Source of the DNA: a virus
DNA: 42,401 bases
Direction: 5' to 3' (one strand)
IMG/VR virus record: IMGVR_UViG_3300004155_000002
Part shown: one piece after another, positions 33,252-39,741 of the stretch
Layout: each line of letters starts with the position of its first letter
Numbering within the stretch: the first letter of the stretch is position 1
Notes under the pieces: generated by a model
Told to the model about the DNA's origin: nothing
Databases searched by the model: none
The model's input: only the letters and a program-made list of their open reading frames with translations
Translations under genes and position numbers: made by a program

Positions 33252-33578
33252 TCAGAGTGAATCATTCTCGAAATCAATCGCGCGGATCAAGGCATCATCG
33301 ATCTTGATTTCCACCAGAGCATCCCTCCCCCTGGCGAGTGGGGGGAGAATCTTTTTCAGAAAATGCGGGGGCAGTTTGATAAGCCGTTTTTTGCTTGCGG
33401 CGTGCCCACCAGTTTCATCGAAATCATCCCGGTGGGCCTTGAGTTTCACTTTGCCGCCGCTCACCGAATCAACCTCGTCGATCAGGCATGCGTGTTGCGT
33501 CCGCTTGCCGGCGCGTGGGTCGGAATAGATCACCACGCCCACATTGTCACCGCGTTTCAGTTTTGGTTTTTTGGCCAT
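33252..33578 (-). CDS. Hypothetical protein (108 aa)
   Basis: ATG 33578 has GGGAGGG 4 nt upstream. Trimmed from track ORF 33252-33752. Lys-rich N-terminus, then a beta-like KRGDNVGVVIYSDPRAGKRTQHACLIDEVD. Confidence 0.5.
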   Translation of the reverse strand: MAKKPKLKRGDNVGVVIYSDPRAGKRTQHACLIDEVDSVSGGKVKLKAHRDDFDETGGHAASKKRLIKLPPHFLKKILPPLARGRDALVEIKIDDALIRAIDFENDSL

Positions 33579-33784
33579 GTCGCCCTCCCGAGGGGATGCT
33601 CGGCGGTGAGAAGCAACGATCGGAGTTTGTTGTGAACGCCTATTTGCCCGCCGAGCCCCTACATTATGCCCGTCCTGGCAGTCTGGCGTCAACCCGGTTG
33701 ATTTTCTGTCGTGGTCAGTGCAGGCTTCCCCAGTGAATGGACGCACTTCCAAATCACACGCGAGACATGGTTTTGTCGCAGTCT

Positions 33785-33814
33785 GCCGAGCCCCCCGTGG
33801 GTTCGGCTTTTTTT
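33785..33814 (+). terminator. Strong + strand intrinsic terminator in an otherwise gene-free 355-bp gap
   Basis: 9-bp stem GCCGAGCCC/GGGTTCGGC (one G-U pair), 5-nt loop, then 7 T (33808-33814). Confidence 0.65.
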
Positions 33815-33934
33815 GTCCTCAAGTTTTTCTTGAATCAGCCGATACCTATTGTTAGGGGCAGGAAGCCCCTCCGGGTCGGCGCGCTATCCCGCCGCCCCGG
33901 CTTCATTTTCAGGATAGTGGGAGGATAGGCGACA

Positions 33935-34030
33935 ATGACCAATCAAACAAAGGATTTTCTGATCTGGCTGGCGGTGTGTTCCCCCCTGATCATTTTGTCT
34001 CTGGCCATTGCGGGAGGAATTCCCCTATGA
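33935..34030 (+). CDS. 31-aa hydrophobic peptide (MTNQTKDFLIWLAVCSPLIILSLAIAGGIPL); below the ORF-track cutoff
   Basis: My own translation. GGGAGGA lies 7 nt upstream. The stop overlaps the next ATG (ATGA at 34027-34030). Confidence 0.45.
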   Translation: MTNQTKDFLIWLAVCSPLIILSLAIAGGIPL

Positions 34031-34236
34031 TCTGCCATCGATACTATCTCGGGTCGGGTATCTGGGGCCTTTTTGTTGAGGGGATCAGCGGCCCCGTTTG
34101 CACCTCGGGGGACGGTGCCCGACTTGACGATATGATCTCACGCCTTGAGCGGCCGGGGCTTGTGGGAGAGTCGGAAGGGGCACAACTCACCAGGGAGGCC
34201 GAACACTCCCCCGGTCTCGGTTGGAGGCTCAAATAA
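34027..34236 (+). CDS. Hypothetical protein (69 aa)
   Basis: ATGA coupling to the upstream peptide, with GGGAGGA 9 nt upstream. Trimmed from track ORF 33976-34236. Confidence 0.4.
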   Translation: MICHRYYLGSGIWGLFVEGISGPVCTSGDGARLDDMISRLERPGLVGESEGAQLTREAEHSPGLGWRLK

Positions 34237-34556
34237 TGTACATCGTGAGGTGGTATAACCGAAACCGCTTTATGTATTCTGAAAAAGCGTTTTCATCATT
34301 GACCGAGGCGTGGTCGGAGTTTTCTAGGCGCATTGCCGGAATGCAAAAAAACGGTGTTTGCAATATCTGCACGATTGAAAACCAGGAAACCAGCGGCAAT
34401 GTGCATATTCATATCCCTGAAATGACTTGGTGGATCGGCGGATCAACTCCGAATTCGTGGGCAGATCCCGCAAGCGACGGCGTGGAAATGATGAAACATA
34501 TGATCAAATATGGCTTGTTTTTGGGTGAATTCATCCCGCGATATTTTCGAAAGTGA
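34236..34556 (+). CDS. Hypothetical protein (106 aa)
   Basis: ATG 34236 overlaps the upstream TAA (TAATG), with GGAGG 9 nt upstream. Trimmed from track ORF 34221-34556. Confidence 0.5.
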   Translation: MYIVRWYNRNRFMYSEKAFSSLTEAWSEFSRRIAGMQKNGVCNICTIENQETSGNVHIHIPEMTWWIGGSTPNSWADPASDGVEMMKHMIKYGLFLGEFIPRYFRK

Positions 34557-34611
34557 CAACCCGCCGCGTTGCGTCCGCGAACCACGGCGGGCCGTCCGGC
34601 ACCATGCCGAA

Positions 34612-34752
34612 TCAATCGCTTTCAACCCCACATTCATCATCGCCGCACTCGGGACTGCCACATACCGGGCACCCGTGATTTTCGCAATGGTTGCATGGTG
34701 CCGACAAAAAGCAGGTACACCCCTCACATTCGAAGCCACATGTAACGCTCAT
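34612..34752 (-). CDS. 46-aa cysteine-rich peptide (10 Cys); below the ORF-track cutoff
   Basis: My own translation: MSVTCGFECEGCTCFLSAPCNHCENHGCPVCGSPECGDDECGVESD. GGGAGGTGAGAA lies upstream. ATGA coupling to the 34749-35078 gene. Confidence 0.55.
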   Translation of the reverse strand: MSVTCGFECEGCTCFLSAPCNHCENHGCPVCGSPECGDDECGVESD

Positions 34753-35078
34753 TTCTCACCTCCCACATGCATCTTTGCCAGTCGAGCAATATTCATGGAA
34801 TTGGTACGCCAAACGTCGGAAACCTCGCCCCAATTTTCGAGGCCGCTGATCAATTTCAGCATGATCATTTTTCTCTCGTGAGCGCGGGCCGCCATGCGCT
34901 GCCAATGATCGAAAAAGAATCCCGATCTCATTCCGTCGATATGAAATTTGCACGCCCCTTCCGGGCACCTCACGAGGTTTCCCTCGTGCGATATTCGCCA
35001 TTCCGCTTGCCGAAAACAAATGGGACAATCGAACGGCTCGGGCAATTCCCGGCCGTGAACGTCAAGCACTTTACTCAT
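34749..35078 (-). CDS. Zinc-ribbon protein, weakly Lar-like (109 aa)
   Basis: CPICFRQAEWRISHEGNLVRCPEGACKFHIDG...FDHWQRM follows the CPFCG...C..C...WN.R layout loosely. Confidence 0.5.
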   Translation of the reverse strand: MSKVLDVHGRELPEPFDCPICFRQAEWRISHEGNLVRCPEGACKFHIDGMRSGFFFDHWQRMAARAHERKMIMLKLISGLENWGEVSDVWRTNSMNIARLAKMHVGGEK

Positions 35079-35280
35079 ATCCGCCCCCTGTCACCCAAAA
35101 CCCGCACGGGTATTTTTTTCGCTCGTAAACCGCCAGGGGCCACAGGATCGTTGTGAGAATGCATCCCGTGAGCATTCCCAGAAACCCGATCTGGTAGCGC
35201 CGGATCGGCGGGATTGCCAGCCAAGATCCTCCCCAAAACCCGGCCCCGAATATGAGCCATGCCCAACAAAAATCAGTCAT
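35071..35280 (-). CDS. Small membrane protein (69 aa, two hydrophobic segments)
   Basis: ATG 35280 overlaps the upstream stop (ATGA). FCWAWLIFGAGFWGGSWLAI and IGFLGMLTGCILTTILWPLAV. Trimmed from track ORF 35071-35355. Confidence 0.5.
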   Translation of the reverse strand: MTDFCWAWLIFGAGFWGGSWLAIPPIRRYQIGFLGMLTGCILTTILWPLAVYERKKYPCGFWVTGGGYE

Positions 35281-35537
35281 ACCGCCCCCGCGTGCCGCAT
35301 GATTTTCGCGTATGCTTGCCGACTCGGGGAGTGGCCGCAATTGATCCACAGGCATAGCGCCGTTTTTGAAACGCCGATTTGCTCGGCCAGTTTGCGTTGC
35401 GTTGTCTCGCCTAGCATTTTTCGCAGCACCGCCCTCGCTTCCCGCGCCTCGTGTTCGGATACAAAACGGCTTTGCCCGTTCATTGTTTGCGGCCCCAAGA
35501 CACTCTTTTTTCTATAATTGTACATGGCGCACTCCAT
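35277..35537 (-). CDS. XRE/Cro-type HTH transcriptional regulator
   Basis: TQRKLAEQIGVSKTALCLWING is a classic HTH. Alternative start at the MYNYRKK methionine (35525). Confidence 0.65.
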   Translation of the reverse strand: MECAMYNYRKKSVLGPQTMNGQSRFVSEHEAREARAVLRKMLGETTQRKLAEQIGVSKTALCLWINCGHSPSRQAYAKIMRHAGAV

Positions 35538-35548
35538 TGTATTGGTTG

Positions 35549-35830
35549 TTAGCTCGGCATGAATTCGGCTAGTTTTCTCTCACTATCTGCTAGTTGTCTG
35601 TTCGCGTGTTGGAATATTTCGAGGAAAACAATCCCAAACAATTCCTTGTTTTCGTTTGCCTCAATTCTGATCGAATTCCTAGAATTCCCCGAATCGCAGA
35701 TCACAAATGATAGGCGCTCATGATCAACATCTGACAAGATCTGCACTTGCCTTTTCAATTCGCTGGCGTCTCTCACGGCTTCCAAAAGTTTGTTGGCGGT
35801 GTCAATGTCTTCTCGTTTCATTTGTCGCAC
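35549..35830 (-). CDS. Hypothetical protein (93 aa)
   Basis: Protein-like composition within the minus-strand operon. No family recognised. Confidence 0.5.
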   Translation of the reverse strand: MRQMKREDIDTANKLLEAVRDASELKRQVQILSDVDHERLSFVICDSGNSRNSIRIEANENKELFGIVFLEIFQHANRQLADSERKLAEFMPS

Positions 35831-35863
35831 TCCAATATTGCGGCACCGTGCCGCGTTGAAAAA

Positions 35864-36157
35864 TCAATAAAATGTTTTGTTCAATTGCTCGCAATCATCG
35901 GATTCAAGCGCCCGTCGAGCCCCGCGTTCGAAAGCGCTTCCATTGTCGAGATATTGCCCGGTAGCATACGGGCTCGCCGCATATTCCACATATTCGCTGC
36001 AGCCGATTTCGGCGGCCTCGGTCACGCGGGGCCATTGCGCCGTGCCATCGCTGGCCGTTACCGGCGCGTTTCTATGGCAATAAATTTCGCCCTCGCGCTT
36101 GCGGTGATGAGCACATGAGAAACATTCGGTGTGGGCCGGATCGGGTATTTGTTGCAT
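35864..36157 (-). CDS. Hypothetical protein (97 aa)
   Basis: Within the minus-strand operon. CFSCAHH...YCH cysteine/histidine cluster. No family recognised. Confidence 0.5.
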   Translation of the reverse strand: MQQIPDPAHTECFSCAHHRKREGEIYCHRNAPVTASDGTAQWPRVTEAAEIGCSEYVEYAASPYATGQYLDNGSAFERGARRALESDDCEQLNKTFY

Positions 36158-36169
36158 GGGTTATGCCTT

Positions 36170-37300
36170 TCAAAATGGTACTCGTGTGCAACCGCTTTCG
36201 CGGATCTTTTTCCTCAAGGCGTTACCCTCGCGGCGACTTTTCGTAACGCGATCTGCCATATCATCTGGGTTAATTCCCGATTCAAAATATGCGCGAAGCG
36301 CGTCAAAATTGCTCAAAATGGTATTCAGTCCGTGCACGGTTCGCACCTCAAATGCTCGCCTGGAAGTCGGATACCACGCTAGAAACTCGATCACATATTC
36401 GCGATCCGCGACATCCAAAAGCTGTTTGATATAGACGTTGTTCATTTTCCCGCGTGTGGGAGGTTTCCCATAGGTATGCTCCCATGCCTTAGCATAGGCG
36501 TTCCATGGCTCATTTGTGGGCGCTTCTTTTTTCGATGCTTCCTTTTGTGGCGGTGGTTGCTTTTGGCTCTTTTCCGCCCGCTGGCGATTTTTGGAAGGTC
36601 GTTTGGTGCCGGTGTCGCCTCCCTCCCCGTTTGATTCAACCTCGGGGCTCTTTCCCCCATTTTCCCCCGGTGCGAATGCGCCGGGGAGATCCGCCGCCGA
36701 AGGCGCGGCCGAGTGCGAGTGCGGATCGGGAAATGTATTTGAATTATTCTTATACATTTGATCTGATATTAATATGGACGGTTTTCGGGCGTCCCCCGAG
36801 ACGTCCCCCGAGACGTCCCCAGAGACGTCCCCAGAGACGTCCCCCGAGGCGTCCCCAGAGACGTCCCCCGAGGCGTCCCCCGAGACGTCCCCCGAGACGT
36901 CCCCCGAGGCGTCCCCCGAGACGTCCCCCGAGACGTCCTTGTTTTTCTTTTTTCTGAATTTCTCTTTTCTTTTCAGAGTTCTTTCGTGAGTGGCGAGACA
37001 CTTCCCGGTGTGTTCAAACCAGTCATGAATCACCATTTGCCCGGCCTCGTTCAGCACGATCCAGCCCCGCGAAATTAGTACCGCGAGAAATTTCTCGGGC
37101 TCGCCTTCCCAACGGGCGGCGTCCGCAATGTCGAGTGCCTCGGCTTCGGCTAGCACTCCGTCTGGTGCGTTCGTCCATGCCCACGCCCACAGCGAGGCGA
37201 GGTGTCCTACGAAATGCACCCCAGCGAGCCCCAGATCTCGGGCCGCTTTCCGTGTTTTCAGATTCCCAAAAATTTCGGTATTCACTTGCGCGTATGCCAT
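36170..37300 (-). CDS. Replisome-organiser / replication-initiator-like protein with a (GDVS/GDAS)n linker
   Basis: N-terminal domain HFVGHLASLWAWAWTNAPDGVL...FLAVLISRGWIVLNEAGQMVIHDWFEHTG resembles phage replisome-organiser N-domains, from memory. The central linker is encoded by the 12-bp tandem array. Confidence 0.55.
   Translation of the reverse strand: MAYAQVNTEIFGNLKTRKAARDLGLAGVHFVGHLASLWAWAWTNAPDGVLAEAEALDIADAARWEGEPEKFLAVLISRGWIVLNEAGQMVIHDWFEHTGKCLATHERTLKRKEKFRKKKNKDVSGDVSGDASGDVSGDVSGDASGDVSGDASGDVSGDVSGDVSGDVSGDARKPSILISDQMYKNNSNTFPDPHSHSAAPSAADLPGAFAPGENGGKSPEVESNGEGGDTGTKRPSKNRQRAEKSQKQPPPQKEASKKEAPTNEPWNAYAKAWEHTYGKPPTRGKMNNVYIKQLLDVADREYVIEFLAWYPTSRRAFEVRTVHGLNTILSNFDALRAYFESGINPDDMADRVTKSRREGNALRKKIRESGCTRVPF
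36788..36938. repeat. Tandem array of 12.6 copies of the 12-bp unit G(A/G)CGTCCCC(C/A)GA; iteron-like, candidate origin core
   Basis: Units counted base by base from 36788. Most units contain the palindrome GACGTC. Flanked by AT-rich 36733-36787 and T-rich 36939-36985. Confidence 0.9.
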
Positions 37301-37309
37301 TGGGGGGCC

Positions 37310-37498
37310 TCACTTTCCCTCGGCAGCAAGTTTTGCGCGCGCGGCTTCAATTCTCAATAAAGAAATACGGCTCGGGCTGTATTTCCCCATTGACCATCCT
37401 TTGACTGTTTCAAGATGCACATCGATCTTAGCTGCCAATTCAGCGTGAGTTTTCGCACAAAACTCACGCTTCAATGCCTGAAATGCTTTTTTGTCCAT
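37310..37498 (-). CDS. Small HTH protein (62 aa), Cro-like
   Basis: ATG 37498 has GAGGA 5 nt upstream. THAELAAKIDVHLETVKGWSMG is HTH-like. Confidence 0.55.
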   Translation of the reverse strand: MDKKAFQALKREFCAKTHAELAAKIDVHLETVKGWSMGKYSPSRISLLRIEAARAKLAAEGK

Positions 37499-37504
37499 TG
37501 TGAT

Positions 37505-37554
37505 CCTCACTGAAAATGTGAGGGTAGGTTAAGCGGCCAAACAGCGTAAGTCAA
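37505..37554 (-). promoter_or_regulatory. Candidate internal promoter (TTGACT-N17-TAACCT) plus an inverted repeat CCTCAC-N7-GTGAGG covering the RBS
   Basis: On the minus strand: TTGACT 37554-37549, TAACCT 37531-37526, inverted repeat 37505-37523 including GAGGA. This assumes a sigma70-like host consensus. Confidence 0.3.
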
Positions 37555-37584
37555 GCCGACCAGCAAGAAAATAGATCCCCGGTT

Positions 37585-38232
37585 TCAAAACCCAGGATCG
37601 AAAATGGAAAGCGTGAGATCTGCACTTCCGGGCGTCAATACCTCGAAGACGCCGGGGGCGCGTTCGACTACGGCGTTGCGGTTGTTCAGATCTATAGATC
37701 GTGGGGCGGGGATCGGCTCGGGGGGAGGATCTGAAAACAGATCGCTTAGGACAACCATAGTGGCCAGGGCCTCAACCAGGGGGCAGGACGCTGCCGCCTC
37801 GGGCACGCTCGCGGGCGCGTCTGTTTCTATAGGGCGCTCACCGACTGCGACCGCTTCCCGGGTATTGTTTTCCGCTTCCAGGCGCGCGGGCACGGCTTCG
37901 GGGGCCGCTTCCACCACGGGCACCGGCACCATTCCCCCGACTCGGGTATTCCAGGCTTGCCGCGCCAGGGCCGCCGACGAGAAAAGCCCCAGGCGGGCAT
38001 CGCACGCGAAGCACCGGGGAACAAATTGTTGCCGCCCCCGCTCCCGGATTTCGCATTTTTCGCTGCCGCAAAACGGGCAATCAACCAGATCCCGGCCCGG
38101 CCTGGGACTCGCCATTGCCGGGGTTTCCAGGGCCGCCGCTTCCGCTTTTGCCCTGGCCTTCGCCTCGGCCGCCGCCAATTTCTCGGCCTCGCTTTTCCGG
38201 GGCCGCCCCCGGCCGCGTTTCACTTCGCTCAT
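37585..38232 (-). CDS. Lar-family (restriction alleviation) zinc-ribbon domain protein with an AT-hook-like N-terminus and long C-terminal extension
   Basis: RGRGRPRK at the N-terminus. CPFCGSEKCEIRERGRQQFVPRCFACDARLGLFSSAALARQAWNTRV matches the Lar pattern CPFCG...C..C...A...WN.R. Confidence 0.7.
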   Translation of the reverse strand: MSEVKRGRGRPRKSEAEKLAAAEAKARAKAEAAALETPAMASPRPGRDLVDCPFCGSEKCEIRERGRQQFVPRCFACDARLGLFSSAALARQAWNTRVGGMVPVPVVEAAPEAVPARLEAENNTREAVAVGERPIETDAPASVPEAAASCPLVEALATMVVLSDLFSDPPPEPIPAPRSIDLNNRNAVVERAPGVFEVLTPGSADLTLSIFDPGF

Positions 38233-38459
38233 GGCAGATTCTCCACAGCTTCGGCGATCTCGAACTCACGGAAAAGGATCGGCAGGTATGCTCGGCCATT
38301 GTGATCTTGCGCCACAAAAACCGCCATATCGCCCGCCACAGGGCACCGCACCGATCCCATGTATTCCGATCTAAGTTTCTGATAGCCGAAAGACACAAGG
38401 TAGAATTTTCGCAATTCAAGATCCGATACCTTGCTAGGTTTTTTTCTCACGTTTCCCAT
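38229..38459 (-). CDS. Hypothetical protein (76 aa)
   Basis: ATGA overlap with the downstream Lar-like gene. No family recognised. Confidence 0.45.
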   Translation of the reverse strand: MGNVRKKPSKVSDLELRKFYLVSFGYQKLRSEYMGSVRCPVAGDMAVFVAQDHNGRAYLPILFREFEIAEAVENLP

Positions 38460-38676
38460 TCCTCACCGCCTCGCTTAAAATAACGCTCGCCATTTTCGCA
38501 CTCGGGAAAGCCCGCCCGTTGAACCATTGCCGCACGCTGGATCGGTCAACCCCGAGCGCCAGCGCCAGGGCGGACTTGGTTTTGTGACGCGCAATCAAAA
38601 CCCCGAGGGCCGCGATTGCTCGCGCCCTCGTTTCCGGGTCGGCCCTCGGGCCGGGGTGTTTATTGTCGCTATTCAT
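38434..38676 (-). CDS. HTH protein (80 aa)
   Basis: Start moved to the MNSDNKH methionine. KSALALALGVDRSSVRQWFNG is HTH-like. Confidence 0.5.
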   Translation of the reverse strand: MNSDNKHPGPRADPETRARAIAALGVLIARHKTKSALALALGVDRSSVRQWFNGRAFPSAKMASVILSEAVRNGKREKKT

Positions 38677-38800
38677 CTTCGCATATTTCCGAGGTGTGCC
38701 CGCACATCGGGCAGGCGCGTTGCACCTCACCCGTGGGCCGGGCGTGCGAGTCAAGGACTTGTTGAATTTCCATTTCGAAATAGCAATGCGGGCAATTCAT
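38669..38800 (-). CDS. 43-aa zinc-ribbon peptide (MNCPHCYFEME...CPMCGHTSEICEDE); below the ORF-track cutoff
   Basis: My own translation. ATGA coupling to the RecT stop. Two CxxC pairs. The 3' end overlaps the next start by 8 nt. Confidence 0.5.
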   Translation of the reverse strand: MNCPHCYFEMEIQQVLDSHARPTGEVQRACPMCGHTSEICEDE

Positions 38801-39741
38801 TCCGCGCCCCCTTCCTCAGATCCCTCGGTTGGGAAATCCCCCGCCTCGGCTTCCAGGGTGAGCAAGGGCGGCAGATCCCCGCCTCCCTGGCCTGCCGATT
38901 GGCTCAGTTGGTTGGCGATATTGACGTGGGCCGCGTGGCTTTCAACGTCGATTGTGTCGCCGTCCTCATGGTCGGACTCGATTGCTCGGGCCATTTCTGT
39001 GCTCACGGGGAGCATTTTGCAAAGCCTTTTGACAACGGTTTTCCTGGCCATTTCGTCATAACTAGTTGTCCAGGGGGAGTCGGGTTTTCCGGCCGATTGG
39101 GAGCGGGATTTAATAGCGTCAACTTGGCTTCGGCTCATAACTTCCAACTGTGTGCCGCCGTCTTTCAAATGCGCCACGGCGTAAACAAGTCGCAATTCCC
39201 CACGGCTTTCCGCGTCGAAATTGGGGACGTGTCGCAAGCGCGTGTCAAGCCCTAGTTCGCATTCAAATAGATCATTTGTATATACGCAGTGGGCGGCAAG
39301 GCTTTTGATCTCGCCAGAGCGGCGGGAAAGATCCACGAGCCCCCGATAGCCGATCTGAAATTGCACTTCATAGCCGCCCTTGCCGTTGTTCAATCTGCGA
39401 TTGAAATACGGTATCAGCCAAGCGTGCTGCAGCGGGGTATTGGGTTCCAAGCCCACGGCCGCCGATTCAAGCGAGGCGCGAAGCAATGACACGGGCGAGC
39501 ATTCTAACAGTTTGGGCGTGCGGGAAACGGCAATCAAAGCGATCCTGATCATGCGCTCGGGGTCAAGATGCTTTGGCATGATTTGAGAAAATTTCTCTTT
39601 TTGTGACTCAAAAAGAGATCGCAAGTTTTGCTCTGGCGACTTCGCCACGGCCTGTGATCCGTTCGCTGCAGGGGCCAGCGTGGTTGTAGGCGTGGTGATC
39701 GTGGGGGACTTTTTGGTTTCCTGGATTGTGGTGGCGTTCAT
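38797..39741 (-). CDS. recT: RecT-family single-strand annealing protein
   Basis: RMIRIALIAVSRTPKLLECSPVSLLRASLESAAVGLEP ... FQIGYRGLVDL ... DEMARKTVVKRL follow the RecT family pattern. Paired with an upstream exonuclease. Confidence 0.85.
   Translation of the reverse strand: MNATTIQETKKSPTITTPTTTLAPAANGSQAVAKSPEQNLRSLFESQKEKFSQIMPKHLDPERMIRIALIAVSRTPKLLECSPVSLLRASLESAAVGLEPNTPLQHAWLIPYFNRRLNNGKGGYEVQFQIGYRGLVDLSRRSGEIKSLAAHCVYTNDLFECELGLDTRLRHVPNFDAESRGELRLVYAVAHLKDGGTQLEVMSRSQVDAIKSRSQSAGKPDSPWTTSYDEMARKTVVKRLCKMLPVSTEMARAIESDHEDGDTIDVESHAAHVNIANQLSQSAGQGGGDLPPLLTLEAEAGDFPTEGSEEGGAE

Noticed and set aside
33737-33928. 63-aa + strand ORF in the 33.6-33.9 kb gap
   Set aside because: It reads straight through a strong terminator hairpin and T-run, and it has no RBS.
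34557-34611. Bidirectional terminator between the convergent 34236-34556 (+) and 34612-34752 (-) genes
   Set aside because: A CCCGCCG...CGGCGGG stem exists (34560-34566 / 34585-34591), but the loop is 18 nt and no U-tract follows on either strand. This is too weak to call.
34443-34739. 98-aa minus-strand ORF at the end of the early operon
   Set aside because: It has no RBS, overlaps the 3' end of the + strand gene 34236-34556 by over 100 nt, and has a weak composition. The 46-aa Cys-rich ORF in another frame has a strong RBS and ATGA coupling.
36788-36938. Tandem repeat considered as a CRISPR array
   Set aside because: The units are 12 bp and directly abutting with no spacers. There are no cas genes, and the array lies inside an ORF.
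36505-37001. ORFs 36505-36957 (+), 36774-36989 (+) and 36750-37001 (-), which encode (PRRP)n, (SPET)n or (GGRL)n
   Set aside because: These are alternative-frame readings of the 12-bp tandem array. Only the 36170-37300 minus frame joins two protein-like domains.
37604-39255. 256-aa (37604-38374) and 242-aa (38527-39255) + strand ORFs opposite the Lar-like and RecT genes
   Set aside because: These are antisense shadows with Arg/Ser/Gly/Pro-rich junk-like sequence. The minus-strand genes carry family motifs and coupled start/stop overlaps.
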